DNA from: an uncultured Thiotrichales bacterium
GTDB taxonomy: Bacteria; Pseudomonadota; Gammaproteobacteria; UBA4575
Reading direction: 5' to 3'
NCBI GenBank assembly: GCA_964614915.1
Contig: CAZTNC010000015.1
Coordinates: 19,096-83,095 of the forward strand
DNA length: 64,000 nucleotides
A program made the translations under genes and the position numbers. Position 1 is the stretch's first letter; each line of letters begins with the position of its first letter. The notes under the pieces were generated by a model. It was not told the DNA's origin and ran no database searches. It saw nothing but the letters and a program-made list of their open reading frames with translations. Shown piece after piece: positions 1 through 10,279 of this stretch.

Positions 1-49
1 CCTGGAGGCGCAGCATTCCAGCGCCTTTGGTGACCGTAACTTCAAGTGA

Positions 50-1231
50 TCAGAGCAACTGACCAAAAATCCTGAAGCCCGCCACATACGTCCCGATTGC
101 AGAGCCCAGGGTGCTCAGCACGAATACCAACAGCGTCTTGGCGACGGCGTTTCTGCGCCAGCCCGAAAAGGTCGCTGTATCCTTGCGCAGTTCCCGAAAA
201 TCCTTGACCGTAGGCTTGCGTACGATTAGTTCGACCGCGGCTGTGACCATGCCTGCACCGATCGTGGGATTCAGGGATGTGATCGGGGCGGCGACAAAGG
301 CTGTCCCCACAGTCACCGGGTGAGCACCGGCAATGGCCGCACCGAGCGCAGACAGGCTGCCATTGATGAAGACCCACTGCCAGACGAGTTTCCAGCCCAG
401 TTCCGGGCTTTCCCGGAAACCGAAGTAGAACCCAGTCCCGATCAAGATAACAATGACCCACGGGATGAGTTTGGGCCAGGATTTTTTGGGAGGAACTGTA
501 TCCAGCTCCCGGATGAGCGCGGACGCATCCAGGTCTTTGTCATCCAGGTGTCTTGTCATGCCTTTCAGGTGACCGGCCCCCACAACTGCAAGCATGCTTT
601 TACCTTCGTACACTTCAAGTGCCTGAAGGATTTTTGCCGCCATGTACTGGTCGCGCTCGTCGATCAGCGGGACAGACAGTTCCCGGGTTTGTTCTGCAAA
701 CTGCGTGAACGCGATCTCAAGGACATCCCCGCTTTTTAATTGCTCGATTTCCTCTTCGGACACTTTCTGGTGTGTGAGCGCACCTGCAAACAGTCCGGCC
801 ACCAGGTAAATACGCTTCCAAAACGACATATTCCGGTAGACCCGATTGAGCGTGACCCCGACTTCACGGTCAATCAGCACAACCGGCAGCCCGAGAGCAG
901 AGGCTTCCTCGATCGCAGTCTTCATTTCAAGACCCAATTCCACCCCCAGCTGTTCCGCCATTCTTTGCTGGTAGGCGCCCAGGGCCAGATGCGCCGTCAC
1001 CAGGTTGGCCCGGCCCTGGCGGATCACCGCAAACAGGTCCATTTCGGCCAACTGTTCGGGATGCATCAGCGATTTGCGCCGGCTTTGACACAGCTCGATG
1101 CAGATAACGTCATATTCCTTCGAGCGGATCATTTGACGGACAGCTTCGGCACTCGCTCGTGAGACGTGAGCTGTACCTAGTAGGGTAACTCTGCTTTTGC
1201 CGACCAGCAGGGATTGCAGCGGTTCGCTCAC
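50..1231 (-). CDS. TraB/GumN family protein (pheromone-shutdown TraB-like)
   Basis: 393-aa ORF with N-terminal TraB-type region (GTAHVS...EYDVICIELC) and C-terminal hydrophobic segments; family-level recognition of the translated sequence. Confidence 0.7.
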   Translation of the reverse strand: MSEPLQSLLVGKSRVTLLGTAHVSRASAEAVRQMIRSKEYDVICIELCQSRRKSLMHPEQLAEMDLFAVIRQGRANLVTAHLALGAYQQRMAEQLGVELGLEMKTAIEEASALGLPVVLIDREVGVTLNRVYRNMSFWKRIYLVAGLFAGALTHQKVSEEEIEQLKSGDVLEIAFTQFAEQTRELSVPLIDERDQYMAAKILQALEVYEGKSMLAVVGAGHLKGMTRHLDDKDLDASALIRELDTVPPKKSWPKLIPWVIVILIGTGFYFGFRESPELGWKLVWQWVFINGSLSALGAAIAGAHPVTVGTAFVAAPITSLNPTIGAGMVTAAVELIVRKPTVKDFRELRKDTATFSGWRRNAVAKTLLVFVLSTLGSAIGTYVAGFRIFGQLL

Positions 1232-1294
1232 GTTTTGCAGATCTTCAAAATTACAGGAAATGATCTCATAAAAAGATAGAATATAACGTGATAA

Positions 1295-1651
1295 CTATTT
1301 ATATTCATTATATTTTTTAGAACTCCCTCTCACCTTATCCTCAGGGTAGCGCTGGTGGTTCAAGGCTACCTTCTGACGGGTAGCCTCCACCAGGTTCACG
1401 TCTAGACGGTCAGCCAGGCGAAGCAGGAAAATAAAGACGTCGGCCATTTCAAGGGCCACCGCAGCATGCTTTTCCGGGTCCAGTTGCGCACTTTGCTCTT
1501 CTGTCATCCACTGGAAATGCTCCACCAGTTCAGCGGCTTCGACCGACAGCGCCATCGAGAGGTTTTTGGGACTGTGGAACTGTTCCCAGTCTCGTGCCTT
1601 TGCAAATTCCCGAAGCTCCAGTTTCAGTTCATCCAGGAGTTGCTCGCTCAT
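1295..1651 (-). CDS. MazG-like nucleotide pyrophosphohydrolase (small NTP-PPase family)
   Basis: 118 aa; EAAELVEHFQW ... EMADVFIFLLRLA motifs typical of small MazG-like NTP pyrophosphatases. Confidence 0.65.
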   Translation of the reverse strand: MSEQLLDELKLELREFAKARDWEQFHSPKNLSMALSVEAAELVEHFQWMTEEQSAQLDPEKHAAVALEMADVFIFLLRLADRLDVNLVEATRQKVALNHQRYPEDKVRGSSKKYNEYK

Positions 1652-1717
1652 TTAGGTTTTCCCTCCTACTCAATCCAAATCGTCGCCTGCCCGCGAAGGC
1701 CGGCTGCCCATTCTGCG

Positions 1718-2494
1718 TCAGCAGCTCCGAGCTGCGCACGTTGAACATTGAGGATCCTTGTTTATCTTCACGCTGTGCCATTCCATATTCAGCGCATCTA
1801 CAAGCAGCATCCTGTCCGCAAGCGTTCGGCCCGTATCCAGCAACAGCTTGATTGCTTCGGTCGCCTGGATGCATCCGATCAACCCGGCCACCGAGCCCAG
1901 GATGCCGGTCTCTGCGCAGCCTTCCTCAAATTCTCCCAAATCAGGATACAGGCAGCCGTAGCAGGCACTGGTATCGCGCATGGTAAACACCATCACCTGA
2001 CCTTCAAAGCGGATAGCCGCACCCACCACCAGGGGTGTACCGGTGTTCACGCAGGCCTCATTGATGGCGAAGCGTGCCGTGAAGTTGTCCGTTGCATCCA
2101 GCACGAGGTCCGCTTTCTCAACTTCCTGCCTGAGTCTTGTCCCAGTCAATGCCGCATTGATCGTGCGTACCGTGGTCTGCGCATTCAATGAAGCCAGGGC
2201 CCGGTTGGCCGCTTCGACCTTTTCATCGCCCACATTGTCATTGCGGTAGATGATCTGCCTTTGCAGGTTGGATGCATCGACCCTGTCCGGATCAACCAGT
2301 GTCAGGCTGCCGATGCCGCTGGAGACGAGATACATGGCTGCCGGGGAGCCGATGCCGCCAACTCCGAACAGCAGCACTTGGGAGGCGAGCAGTTTCTGCT
2401 GACCCGCAATATCGATTTGAGGCAGCATGATTTGACGGCTGTAGCGCAGCAGTTCCTGATCACTCAGATCCAGGTTTTGAGCCTCCTCGTCCAC
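1718..2494 (-). CDS. moeB: molybdopterin-synthase adenylyltransferase MoeB (ThiF/HesA family)
   Basis: RYSRQ...GVGGIGSPAAMYL Rossmann/ThiF motif, C-terminal CxxC pair; adjacent divergent mobAB. Confidence 0.85.
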   Translation of the reverse strand: MDEEAQNLDLSDQELLRYSRQIMLPQIDIAGQQKLLASQVLLFGVGGIGSPAAMYLVSSGIGSLTLVDPDRVDASNLQRQIIYRNDNVGDEKVEAANRALASLNAQTTVRTINAALTGTRLRQEVEKADLVLDATDNFTARFAINEACVNTGTPLVVGAAIRFEGQVMVFTMRDTSACYGCLYPDLGEFEEGCAETGILGSVAGLIGCIQATEAIKLLLDTGRTLADRMLLVDALNMEWHSVKINKDPQCSTCAARSC

Positions 2495-2520
2495 GGCAGC
2501 CCTAGCACAACCACGCGATG

Positions 2521-2838
2521 TCAGTTCTTCTCACGCCGTGCCTGGCCTTCGGCAAACGCCTTCTTCTGCTCGGCAGTCGCTTCTTTCTGGTAACGTGATT
2601 TCCATTCAGCATAAGGCATTCCGTAGACCGTTTCCCGGGCTTGGTCATAGTCGATCTCAATTCCTTTTTCCTGCGCTGCCGCCACGTACCATTTCGAGAG
2701 GCAGTTGCGGCAAAAGTCTGCCAGGTTCATCAAATCAATGTTCTGCACTTCGGTTTTTGCACGCAGGTGTTCAACCAGCCTGCGATATACGGCGGCTTCA
2801 ATTTCCAAACGGTCCTGATGACTGACCGGATCACTCAT
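2521..2838 (-). CDS. DUF1244 domain protein
   Basis: ORF 2521-2901; most likely start is the ATG at 2838 (MSDPVSHQD...) preceded by GAGGAGA; CRNCLSKWY core resembles DUF1244. Confidence 0.55.
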   Translation of the reverse strand: MSDPVSHQDRLEIEAAVYRRLVEHLRAKTEVQNIDLMNLADFCRNCLSKWYVAAAQEKGIEIDYDQARETVYGMPYAEWKSRYQKEATAEQKKAFAEGQARREKN

Positions 2839-3040
2839 GCTGCTCTCCTCGATTGTATGAATTCTACAGGCCGTGGATGGTGGGCCCTGCTCTCCCTTCA
2901 ATAGGCGGTCATCCGCATGCGGTCCGGTCCCGTAACAGGTGTCCGTCTGCCGGGAAGCAGATCAGATGATTATGCCCTTTGCTATTATATTTGTAATTCA
3001 TGGAAGGTTTCATGAGATTCTTCAAGACGCAGGGTATACG

Positions 3041-3640
3041 GTGTTGAGCAAGCAGAAAATTACAGGCCTCATCCTCGCAGGGGGTCGCGCAACCCGCATG
3101 GGAGGCCAGGACAAGGGGCTTGTCGAGATCAATCACCAGCCCATGATCGCATACGTCATCCAAGCCCTTCGGCCGCAGGTCTCAGAAATCATGATCAACG
3201 CGAACCGCAACCACAGCAAATACCGGAAGTTCGGGCATCCTCTGGTAGCTGACGAAATTACAGGCTTCCAGGGCCCGCTTGCCGGCATGGCGGCGGCCCT
3301 GAATCAGGTCTCCACCGACTATCTCTTCACCTGCCCCTGCGATGGGCCGCTGCTGCCAGCGGATGTAGTGGCCCGCCTGTATGCGGCCCTGCGCAAACAG
3401 GATGCCGAGATATGCGTAGCGCATGACGGGGACCGTTTGCAACCGGTCTGTGCCCTCATCGACTGTAGGCTGCGGGGCAGCCTACTGGCGTACCTCGGGG
3501 GTGAAGATCGCAAGATCGAACACTGGTATCGCAACCACAGATTTACCCAGGCCGACTTCAGTGATAAAAAACACTGCTTTCAAAACGCCAACAGGCCGCA
3601 GGACCTGGGCATGTTGTCCCAATATCTGAAGGGTCAGTAG
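3041..3640 (+). CDS. mobA: molybdenum cofactor guanylyltransferase MobA
   Basis: ITGLILAGGRATRMGG-DKGL motif; the ORF is open from GTG 2939 (alternative ATGs at 2966/2972), but the GTG at 3041 gives a canonical ~199-aa MobA; start uncertain. Confidence 0.8.
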   Translation: MLSKQKITGLILAGGRATRMGGQDKGLVEINHQPMIAYVIQALRPQVSEIMINANRNHSKYRKFGHPLVADEITGFQGPLAGMAAALNQVSTDYLFTCPCDGPLLPADVVARLYAALRKQDAEICVAHDGDRLQPVCALIDCRLRGSLLAYLGGEDRKIEHWYRNHRFTQADFSDKKHCFQNANRPQDLGMLSQYLKGQ

Positions 3641-3645
3641 CCGTC

Positions 3646-4194
3646 ATGGATGCCATCGAATTTGTGAAACCGGTTATCGGGTTGTGTGCCTACAGTGGTT
3701 CTGGAAAAACCACGCTACTCGAGAGACTCCTGCCCGTACTCTGTGCACGTAAGCTGAACGTCGCGGTCATCAAGCACGCCCATCACTCTTTCGATGTCGA
3801 TCATCCGGACAAGGACAGCTTCAGGATCCGCAAAGCTGGTGCCCGGCAGGTTCTGATCTCTTCACAAAAACGCTGGGCACTCATGCACGAGATTGCTCCG
3901 GATAAGGCGGAACTGACACTTCAGGAGACCCTTGAGCATATCGATCCGAGCCAAATCGATTTCGTTATCGTGGAAGGCTTCAAGTCCGCACCCGTTCACA
4001 AGATCGAGGTTCACCGCCCAGCACTGGGAAAGCCTCTGATTGCTGCAACAGACCGCCATGTCATTGCCATCGCGACCGATCAGCCGGAGAATGTGAAGGC
4101 TTCTCTTCCACTCCTATCCCTGAATGACCCGGCGCAGATTGCGGACTTTATCGGGCAGTTTATCTCCCGCCAGACAAATAAAGACGAAATCTGA
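3646..4194 (+). CDS. mobB: molybdopterin-guanine dinucleotide biosynthesis adapter MobB
   Basis: P-loop GSGKTTL near the N-terminus, 182 aa, immediately downstream of mobA. Confidence 0.85.
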   Translation: MDAIEFVKPVIGLCAYSGSGKTTLLERLLPVLCARKLNVAVIKHAHHSFDVDHPDKDSFRIRKAGARQVLISSQKRWALMHEIAPDKAELTLQETLEHIDPSQIDFVIVEGFKSAPVHKIEVHRPALGKPLIAATDRHVIAIATDQPENVKASLPLLSLNDPAQIADFIGQFISRQTNKDEI

Positions 4195-4208
4195 CTCTCT
4201 CCGAGCCG

Positions 4209-4236
4209 TTATAAATGCTATAATTAGCGTTTATAA
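4209..4236. promoter_or_regulatory. 7-bp-arm palindrome TTATAAA-N14-TTTATAA enclosing TATAAT, about 205 bp upstream of gltA
   Basis: read directly from sequence; candidate promoter or operator for citrate synthase. Confidence 0.3.
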
Positions 4237-4440
4237 GAACAGAACGTTGCTTGCTGTAACAGCGAAGCGCCATAACGACATCTTGTTTGGCAAAAGGCGT
4301 TCAGACGATAGAAGCCAGTCTGTTCGTGTAGTGCCGGGTCCACGCTGAATTTTCTTGCATGAAGACAGAGGCCGTCCCTGTCGCTCATGAATGACTTGCA
4401 CGCAAACACTTTTCGTATAACCACAAGGAACTGACCTCTC

Positions 4441-5751
4441 ATGGCAGAGCGCACTGTTACGGTAACCGACAACACGACCGGAAAGGCGGTCGAATTGCCC
4501 GTATTGGAGGGCACCAACGGCCCTCGCACCATCGATATTGGGAAACTGTACAAGGGCCTGGGCTATTTCACCTATGACCCGGGCTTTGTTTCCACGGCCA
4601 GCTGTGACAGCCGCATCACTTTTATCGACGGCGAACAGGGCCTGCTGCGTTACCGGGGCTATCCGATTGAACAGCTGGCCGAGCACAGTTCCTTCCTAGA
4701 GGTCTGCTACCTGCTCCTGCACGGCGAGCTTCCGAACAAGGACGCCTTCGATGCCTTTGAGGAGCGGCTGAAGATGCATACCCTGCTCGATGAGAAGATG
4801 CGCCGCTTCTACTTGGGTTTTCACAACAACTCGCACCCGATGGCTATGATGGTGGCTACGGTGGGCGCGATGTCCGCCTTCTACCATGACCAGATCGATG
4901 TGCACGATGCCGCTTCCAGGGAAACGGCCGCCTACCGCCTGATTGCCAAAGTACCGACCATGGCCGCCTGGGTCTACAAGTACACGGTGGGCCAACCCTT
5001 CATGTACCCAGACAATCGTCTGGACTATGTGTCGAACTTCCTGTACATGATGTTCGGGGTACCTTCCATGAGTTACCGTCCGAGCCCCTCGTTCGTGCGG
5101 GCCATGGACCTAATACTCATATTGCATGCTGACCACGAGCAGAATGCCTCCACCTCCACCGTACGACTGGCCGGTAGTTCGGGAGCTAACCCCTATGCCG
5201 CCTTATCCGCTGGCATCAGTTCGCTCTGGGGTCCTGCCCACGGCGGGGCGAATGAAGCCGTCATCAACATGCTTGAAGACATTGTGCAGTCCGGCAAGGA
5301 CGTCAACTACTACATCGAACGGGCCAAGGACAAGAACTCCAGGTTCCGGTTAATGGGATTCGGCCACCGAGTCTACAAGAACTATGACCCGCGCGCGAAG
5401 ATCATCCGGGAAGTCTGTCACCAGCTGTTGAGCGAACTTGGCGATGACAATCCCAATCGACCCCTGTTCGATACCGCCATGGAACTCGAGCGCATTGCTC
5501 TGGAGGACGATTACTTCATTCAGCGCAAGCTGTACCCGAATGTGGACTTCTACTCCGGGATCATTTTGCGTGCGATGGGAATCCCGCTGAACATGTTTAC
5601 CGTGATCTTTGCCCTGGCCCGTACGGTCGGCTGGATTTCCCATTGGAAAGAACACATGAGCGACCCGCAGGCCCGCATCGGCCGTCCCCGTCAGCTGTAT
5701 ACGGGAGAGGACCAGCGCGACTACGCGCACATCGACGAGCGCGACGACTAG
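4441..5751 (+). CDS. gltA: citrate synthase (type II, hexameric-type)
   Basis: 436 aa, full-length similarity to GltA including the catalytic His/Asp regions (GFGHRVYK). Confidence 0.92.
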   Translation: MAERTVTVTDNTTGKAVELPVLEGTNGPRTIDIGKLYKGLGYFTYDPGFVSTASCDSRITFIDGEQGLLRYRGYPIEQLAEHSSFLEVCYLLLHGELPNKDAFDAFEERLKMHTLLDEKMRRFYLGFHNNSHPMAMMVATVGAMSAFYHDQIDVHDAASRETAAYRLIAKVPTMAAWVYKYTVGQPFMYPDNRLDYVSNFLYMMFGVPSMSYRPSPSFVRAMDLILILHADHEQNASTSTVRLAGSSGANPYAALSAGISSLWGPAHGGANEAVINMLEDIVQSGKDVNYYIERAKDKNSRFRLMGFGHRVYKNYDPRAKIIREVCHQLLSELGDDNPNRPLFDTAMELERIALEDDYFIQRKLYPNVDFYSGIILRAMGIPLNMFTVIFALARTVGWISHWKEHMSDPQARIGRPRQLYTGEDQRDYAHIDERDD

Positions 5752-6902
5752 CCGATTCCGGTAAAGAATTCCCTCAGTACAGGCGCGAAGTTCGCTTCAT
5801 CGATTAGGAACGAGTCGTGCCCCTGAATGGAGGGCAGGCGCACGAACTTGATGTCGCACCCGGCCTTGTTGATTCCGTTATAGATCTCTTCTTGCTGCTT
5901 GATCGGGAAAAGAATATCCGTCTCGACCCCGACGACCAGCGTCCTGATGGAATGGATCTTGGCGAGCCCTGCATTGACGGACCCCCCATGGTCAGCGACA
6001 TCAAACCAGTCCATGGCCCTTGACAGGTACAGATAGCTGTTGGCATCGAAGGCATCTACAAATTTGTGGGCGTTGTAGTCGAGATAGGATTCGACTTCAA
6101 ACTCGATGCCGAACTTGTTCTTGGCCTTGCGCCCAGAGTCCACCCGCGCACGGTTGAAACGCTGGTTCCATTCTTCACCCGCGCGGTAGGACACAAGGCC
6201 GATCTTCCTGGCCAGGACCATGCCGTCTTTGGGTTCCTTGTCAGGCTGGTAATGGCCGCCTTCCCAAGCGGGGTCACAGCGCACGATTTCACGCTGTATG
6301 GAACGCATGGCGATGGCCAGCGGCAAGGACCGGCAGGCCGAAGAGATCGTTACAAGATTACCCACTTCGTCGGGATACTGCAGCGCATAGGCAAGCGAGG
6401 TCATGCCTCCCATGGAAGATCCAACTACTGCACAAAGATGATCGACCCCCAGTTCCTGGACGGCATGATGGCCAGCCTTGGCAATGTCCTCGATCGAGAG
6501 ATCCGGGAAATCCAGGCCGTATGACCTGCCGGTTCTGGGATTAACCGAACCCGGTCCTGTCGTACCAAAGCAGCCTCCCAGGGAATTGACACACACGACA
6601 AAAAAGCGGTTGGTATCAATCGGCTTGCCTGGCCCGATCATGTACTCCCACCAACCTGGGGACGGGTCCTCACTGGACGAACAGGCATGTGCAGTAGGTG
6701 ATAGGCCGGTAAAGACAAGCACGGCATTGTCCCGCATCTCCGAGAGCTTGCCCCAGGATTCATAAGCCACCACCACCTCGGGCAGGGTCCCGCCACGGTG
6801 CATGTGGAAGTCGGTCGTACCGTAATCGCCGTGCAGTTCCACGAAGCGGGTAGCCGGTGGTGTCCAGCGAGACGTCGGTTCCAATTTTTTTGCTGTACTC
6901 AT
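5748..6902 (-). CDS. metX: homoserine O-acyltransferase MetX (alpha/beta hydrolase)
   Basis: 384 aa; GSSMGG nucleophile elbow and the overall MetX pattern; convergent with gltA and overlapping its stop codon. Confidence 0.85.
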   Translation of the reverse strand: MSTAKKLEPTSRWTPPATRFVELHGDYGTTDFHMHRGGTLPEVVVAYESWGKLSEMRDNAVLVFTGLSPTAHACSSSEDPSPGWWEYMIGPGKPIDTNRFFVVCVNSLGGCFGTTGPGSVNPRTGRSYGLDFPDLSIEDIAKAGHHAVQELGVDHLCAVVGSSMGGMTSLAYALQYPDEVGNLVTISSACRSLPLAIAMRSIQREIVRCDPAWEGGHYQPDKEPKDGMVLARKIGLVSYRAGEEWNQRFNRARVDSGRKAKNKFGIEFEVESYLDYNAHKFVDAFDANSYLYLSRAMDWFDVADHGGSVNAGLAKIHSIRTLVVGVETDILFPIKQQEEIYNGINKAGCDIKFVRLPSIQGHDSFLIDEANFAPVLREFFTGIG

Positions 6903-6974
6903 TGCATAAATGTACCTTTTTCCATTTCCGGAGGAAACACTACCAAGGGGTATGGTATGGCCTGTCTGGCCGGT

Positions 6975-7463
6975 TTAACGGGGCCTGGACGTAAGAACCA
7001 GCGAGAGTACCAGTAACCCGATGAACAAAATCAGTGTTTGTTGCGGGATGGTCAGTCCTGCGAAGGTCCAGTGCACCTCTGCGCATGAGCCCGAGGCTGT
7101 GAATACCTTCTTGGCGACCTCAAGGACTGGCAAGGTTTCAAGCATGAAATACAGGTCCGGCCCGCATTCGGGTACCTGATCGGCCGGCAGGCCCTGCAAC
7201 CAGACACGTCTTCCAGCAAGCCCGACCCCAGCGAGGCTGAGCGCGGTCGCCAGTGTCCCGTATATTCTTGACAGGAAGGTTTTGGGGTTGGAGATCAGGG
7301 CCAAGGCAAATACGATCCCGAGAGCTACCAGCACGAGGCGGTCCAGAATGCACAGGGGGCAAGGGTCCAGATTCAGCGCGCCCTCAAGATAAATGATTGC
7401 AAACAGCAGCGAAGCGATGCATGCCAGAAATCCATAAAAATTCAGCGCTCGGTAGCCGAACAT
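6975..7463 (-). CDS. dsbB: disulfide bond formation protein B
   Basis: 162 aa with four TM helices, CPLC in the first periplasmic loop and a second Cys pair (C...C) in loop 2. Confidence 0.8.
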   Translation of the reverse strand: MFGYRALNFYGFLACIASLLFAIIYLEGALNLDPCPLCILDRLVLVALGIVFALALISNPKTFLSRIYGTLATALSLAGVGLAGRRVWLQGLPADQVPECGPDLYFMLETLPVLEVAKKVFTASGSCAEVHWTFAGLTIPQQTLILFIGLLVLSLVLTSRPR

Positions 7464-7472
7464 GTCCAGGTC

Positions 7473-8015
7473 TCAGGTCTGTTCCATGCCGTGGAGGATG
7501 GCCGCCAGTCCCCGGTACCAGCCGGTAATGTCCTGTAGCGAGAACGCAGCATTCGCTGGGCTCGGGTTGGGGCTGACAAATACGGCGGAATGCCCGATGG
7601 TGATGGATTGCATACCCCAGTCTATCGGCGCATCGGTATGTCCCGTGTACTTGAAGAAGTTTTTCGCGGCCATTTTGCCGTGAAACCAGCAGATACCCGG
7701 CGCGTACCGCAGGATTTTTTTCTCTAGCACAGGCGCCCATTCCCTGTAGTCCGCAGCCCTCAAAGCCTTCGCGGATGGCGAGGGGCGCTTGACCACATCC
7801 GTGAATCCAATCCGGTGCAACTGGAAGAGCCTCGCCTGGAATTGTGGGCCGGGTATCACCTTTTCCGAGACCAAGCCACTGGCATCCAGCGCTCTCCAGA
7901 ACCGGTTTCTCGGATTGGCAAAGTAAAAGCCCTTCTCGACCGAAATGCTGGAAGGATTGAGTCCGATAGACAGTGCTTTCAGTTCGTGATCAACGTAGTC
8001 AGGGAGTGTGTCCAT
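7473..8015 (-). CDS. mug: G/U mismatch-specific DNA glycosylase (Mug/TDG family)
   Basis: ORF open to 8126, but the likely start is the ATG at 8015 (MDTLPDYV...); GLNPS ... NRFW ... LPNPSP motifs of the Mug family. Confidence 0.75.
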   Translation of the reverse strand: MDTLPDYVDHELKALSIGLNPSSISVEKGFYFANPRNRFWRALDASGLVSEKVIPGPQFQARLFQLHRIGFTDVVKRPSPSAKALRAADYREWAPVLEKKILRYAPGICWFHGKMAAKNFFKYTGHTDAPIDWGMQSITIGHSAVFVSPNPSPANAAFSLQDITGWYRGLAAILHGMEQT

Positions 8016-8142
8016 ACGGTGCCTGCAAGATTGCGGATTGAGGTATCGCAGTGCATTCGATACCCTATACCCTGATTCGAGTATAAAAGTAAACGCCATC
8101 TTGCCCGTGCCTGCCGATCCGACCAATTATTCCATCACCACC

Positions 8143-8838
8143 ATGGAACTGGGGCCGATGGAGAACTTTGTCTACCTGCTCACCGATCACGCCACGCAAA
8201 GTACCGCCGTCGTCGACCCGGCATGGGATGTGCCCGTGATCTTGGATTGTGCCCGCAAGCTGGGTGTCACCATTACCGATATCCTGCTGACCCACAGTCA
8301 CCATGATCATATCAATGGCATTGACCAGTTGCTGGACCAGTGTGATGCCGAAGTACACCTGCTGAAATCCGAGGCGGCCTTCTGGGGTGCCGATCTCGTC
8401 CGCCCGAGTCTCCATCATGGAGGAGACCGTATCAAGATCGGGAAAACCGAAATCGAGATATTGCACACCCCTGGACACACCCCTGGCTCGGCCTGCTACC
8501 GCATCGGCAATGATCTCGTCACGGGCGATACGCTTTTTGTGTTCGGCTGTGGGCGCTGCGATTTGCGAGGCGGCGATCCGGAGCAGATGCACACCACGCT
8601 AAAACGGTTTAGAGATGAACTTCCCGAATCGATCGTCATCTACCCGGGCCATCATTATGCAGAGCAGGCGACCTCAACCCTGGCGGACGAACTCGAGGGC
8701 AATCCCTTCATGCACTTTACCGAGGTGGACCAGTTTGTCCGTTACCGAATGAAAGTCCATGACCAGATTCGGAGCTCGCCCTACGCGGCGGTCACAAAAG
8801 AAGAAATCGAAGTTCTCTCCAGCCAGAAGACACCTTGA
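8143..8838 (+). CDS. MBL-fold metallo-hydrolase (glyoxalase II-like)
   Basis: THSHHDH metal-binding motif; ORF open from 8008, but the ATG at 8143 (MELGPMENFVYLL) avoids overlap with the divergent mug. Confidence 0.7.
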   Translation: MELGPMENFVYLLTDHATQSTAVVDPAWDVPVILDCARKLGVTITDILLTHSHHDHINGIDQLLDQCDAEVHLLKSEAAFWGADLVRPSLHHGGDRIKIGKTEIEILHTPGHTPGSACYRIGNDLVTGDTLFVFGCGRCDLRGGDPEQMHTTLKRFRDELPESIVIYPGHHYAEQATSTLADELEGNPFMHFTEVDQFVRYRMKVHDQIRSSPYAAVTKEEIEVLSSQKTP

Positions 8839-8862
8839 ATAGAGCCAGGCCCTATCCTGGGG

Positions 8863-9231
8863 TCATTCAATCTCTTGGCTCAGACGGGCCAGGATGCCAG
8901 GGATTTCCTTTGCCGCCCCTAGGTAGGGAGTTGACGTGATTCGCACCTGCGGGTATTCCTGCCTGGCTTTCTCAATCTCTGCAGGGATATCCACGCTGAC
9001 ATGCCGACCTGCAGCAAGGAAATAGGGCAGCACCGTAATGTGTTTTGCACCTTTTCGCACACAGCCAAGCACCCCCTCGGAGATGGAGGGTTCGGTGATC
9101 TCCAGGAATGCGAAATCAACCCAGTCGAATTGATTCCCCGGAGTTTGTGCAATTTTTGCAGCCAGTGCCCGGATTTCATCACTGGAACCGGGATGGCGGC
9201 TGCCATGGGCAACCAGCAGCAATGCGTCCAT
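8863..9231 (-). CDS. cbiX: sirohydrochlorin chelatase CbiX (small form)
   Basis: about 120 aa; LLVAHGSR N-terminal motif and overall CbiX-small pattern; ATG at 9231 (TTG at 9237 is an alternative). Confidence 0.7.
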   Translation of the reverse strand: MDALLLVAHGSRHPGSSDEIRALAAKIAQTPGNQFDWVDFAFLEITEPSISEGVLGCVRKGAKHITVLPYFLAAGRHVSVDIPAEIEKARQEYPQVRITSTPYLGAAKEIPGILARLSQEIE

Positions 9232-9373
9232 TCGCAAATCCTAGCATGAACGTCGTGCTGCAGCGTATTTTGGCCGCGCCTGCATGAAGGCAAGGTCGAC
9301 GAGGCCAGCACAGCGGCACTTTGGTTTACTAATGTAGCAATCCTCTGTATAACGCACCCGAACAGAGGTTTTC

Positions 9374-9817
9374 ATGACCGAAATCACGCTAGAAATCGCC
9401 AATACAATCATTGATGCTGCCCTCCGGGAAGGCCGCACGCGCAAGCTGGCACCACTTACAGTTGCCGTACTGGATGCCGGCGGCCACCTCAAGGCTTTGT
9501 CGCGGGCGGATGGCGCAAGCTTCATGCGCCCGATGATGGCCGTAGCAAAGGCCTGGGGCGCGATCGGTGTCGGTGTCTCATCACGCACACTGGGCGAGAT
9601 GGGCGAGCAGCGGCCAATGTTCATGAATGCCCTGGTCCAGGTTGCTGACCAGCGGCTTTTACCCGTGCCCGGAGGCGTGCTCGTCCGAGATTCCGACGAT
9701 GCGATCATTGGTGCAGTCGGCATCTCCGGCGATGTGTCCGACCAGGACGAATCTTGTGCCGTTGCGGGAATCAGTGAGGCCGGGTTGCAGGCGGATACGG
9801 GAAAGCCCCAGGAGTAA
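9374..9817 (+). CDS. GlcG/HbpS-like haem-binding protein (DUF336)
   Basis: 147 aa, ...GAVGISGD... C-terminal motif typical of DUF336/GlcG; last core gene before the AT-rich island. Confidence 0.7.
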   Translation: MTEITLEIANTIIDAALREGRTRKLAPLTVAVLDAGGHLKALSRADGASFMRPMMAVAKAWGAIGVGVSSRTLGEMGEQRPMFMNALVQVADQRLLPVPGGVLVRDSDDAIIGAVGISGDVSDQDESCAVAGISEAGLQADTGKPQE

Positions 9818-9823
9818 ATTTTG
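9815..9823. repeat. left copy of a 9-bp direct repeat TAAATTTTG flanking the AT-rich island (right copy at 13695-13703)
   Basis: exact 9-mer at both GC-content transitions; an inverted TTATGTAG/CTACATAA lies just inside each copy. Confidence 0.3.
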
Positions 9824-9848
9824 GGAATTATGTAGCTAAGTTGACAAA

Positions 9849-10034
9849 ATGAATAAAGCAGAAAAGACAAAAAGAGAATATTTTGCTGAACTTAGTAAAA
9901 ATTATAAAAAACGTAAAGAGTATGAATGTGAATTAAATAATGCCATAACCATGGTTCATAAAACATTTGCTGTTTTAGATAAATTACTTAACGACTACTA
10001 CAAACTGTTTCCTGAACGGAAAAAGCAGAAATAA
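9849..10034 (+). CDS. hypothetical Lys-rich small protein (61 aa)
   Basis: ORF in very AT-rich DNA, where long ORFs are unlikely by chance; no convincing RBS. Confidence 0.2.
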   Translation: MNKAEKTKREYFAELSKNYKKRKEYECELNNAITMVHKTFAVLDKLLNDYYKLFPERKKQK

Positions 10035-10212
10035 GTTTTTCCATTTTCTCTAATTTCTCTATCAACGTTTCCGAAGCGTTTTCTAACTTTACGATTTCTT
10101 TTCTTAGTGATTTTGATAGATGGTGACCAGCTATTGTTTCTGTTTTAACTAATGTCTCTATCAGAACTAGCATCATTATTTCCAGGGCTTCGTAATTCCC
10201 ATTATTTCCCAT
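9988..10212 (-). CDS. hypothetical coiled-coil small protein (74 aa)
   Basis: GAGGGG Shine-Dalgarno 8 nt upstream of the ATG; heptad-like Lys/Glu-rich sequence; overlaps the 3' end of ORF 9849-10034 convergently. Confidence 0.35.
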   Translation of the reverse strand: MGNNGNYEALEIMMLVLIETLVKTETIAGHHLSKSLRKEIVKLENASETLIEKLEKMEKLISAFSVQETVCSSR

Positions 10213-10250
10213 CTTTATCCCCTCATTTTAGTTTTAAATAAATACGAAAC

Positions 10251-10279
10251 TTGACAAAATAATATTATTTCACTAATAT
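10251..10279 (+). promoter_or_regulatory. sigma70-type promoter TTGACA-N17-TAATAT upstream of the IS1595 transposase
   Basis: consensus -35 and near-consensus -10 with 17-bp spacer, about 80 bp upstream of the transposase ATG. Confidence 0.5.

Noticed and set aside
4224-4686. Minus-strand ORFs 4224-4553 and 4231-4686 and many other >60-aa ORFs antisense to or overlapping well-supported genes (for example 5804-6055, 8065-8592, 10522-11033, 14248-14973, 22238-22828, 25335-26048, 31243-31842, 45690-46616, 58766-59948)
   Set aside because: They lie opposite or out of frame to genes with strong family-level evidence. They are typical GC-rich shadow ORFs with no RBS or recognisable domains.
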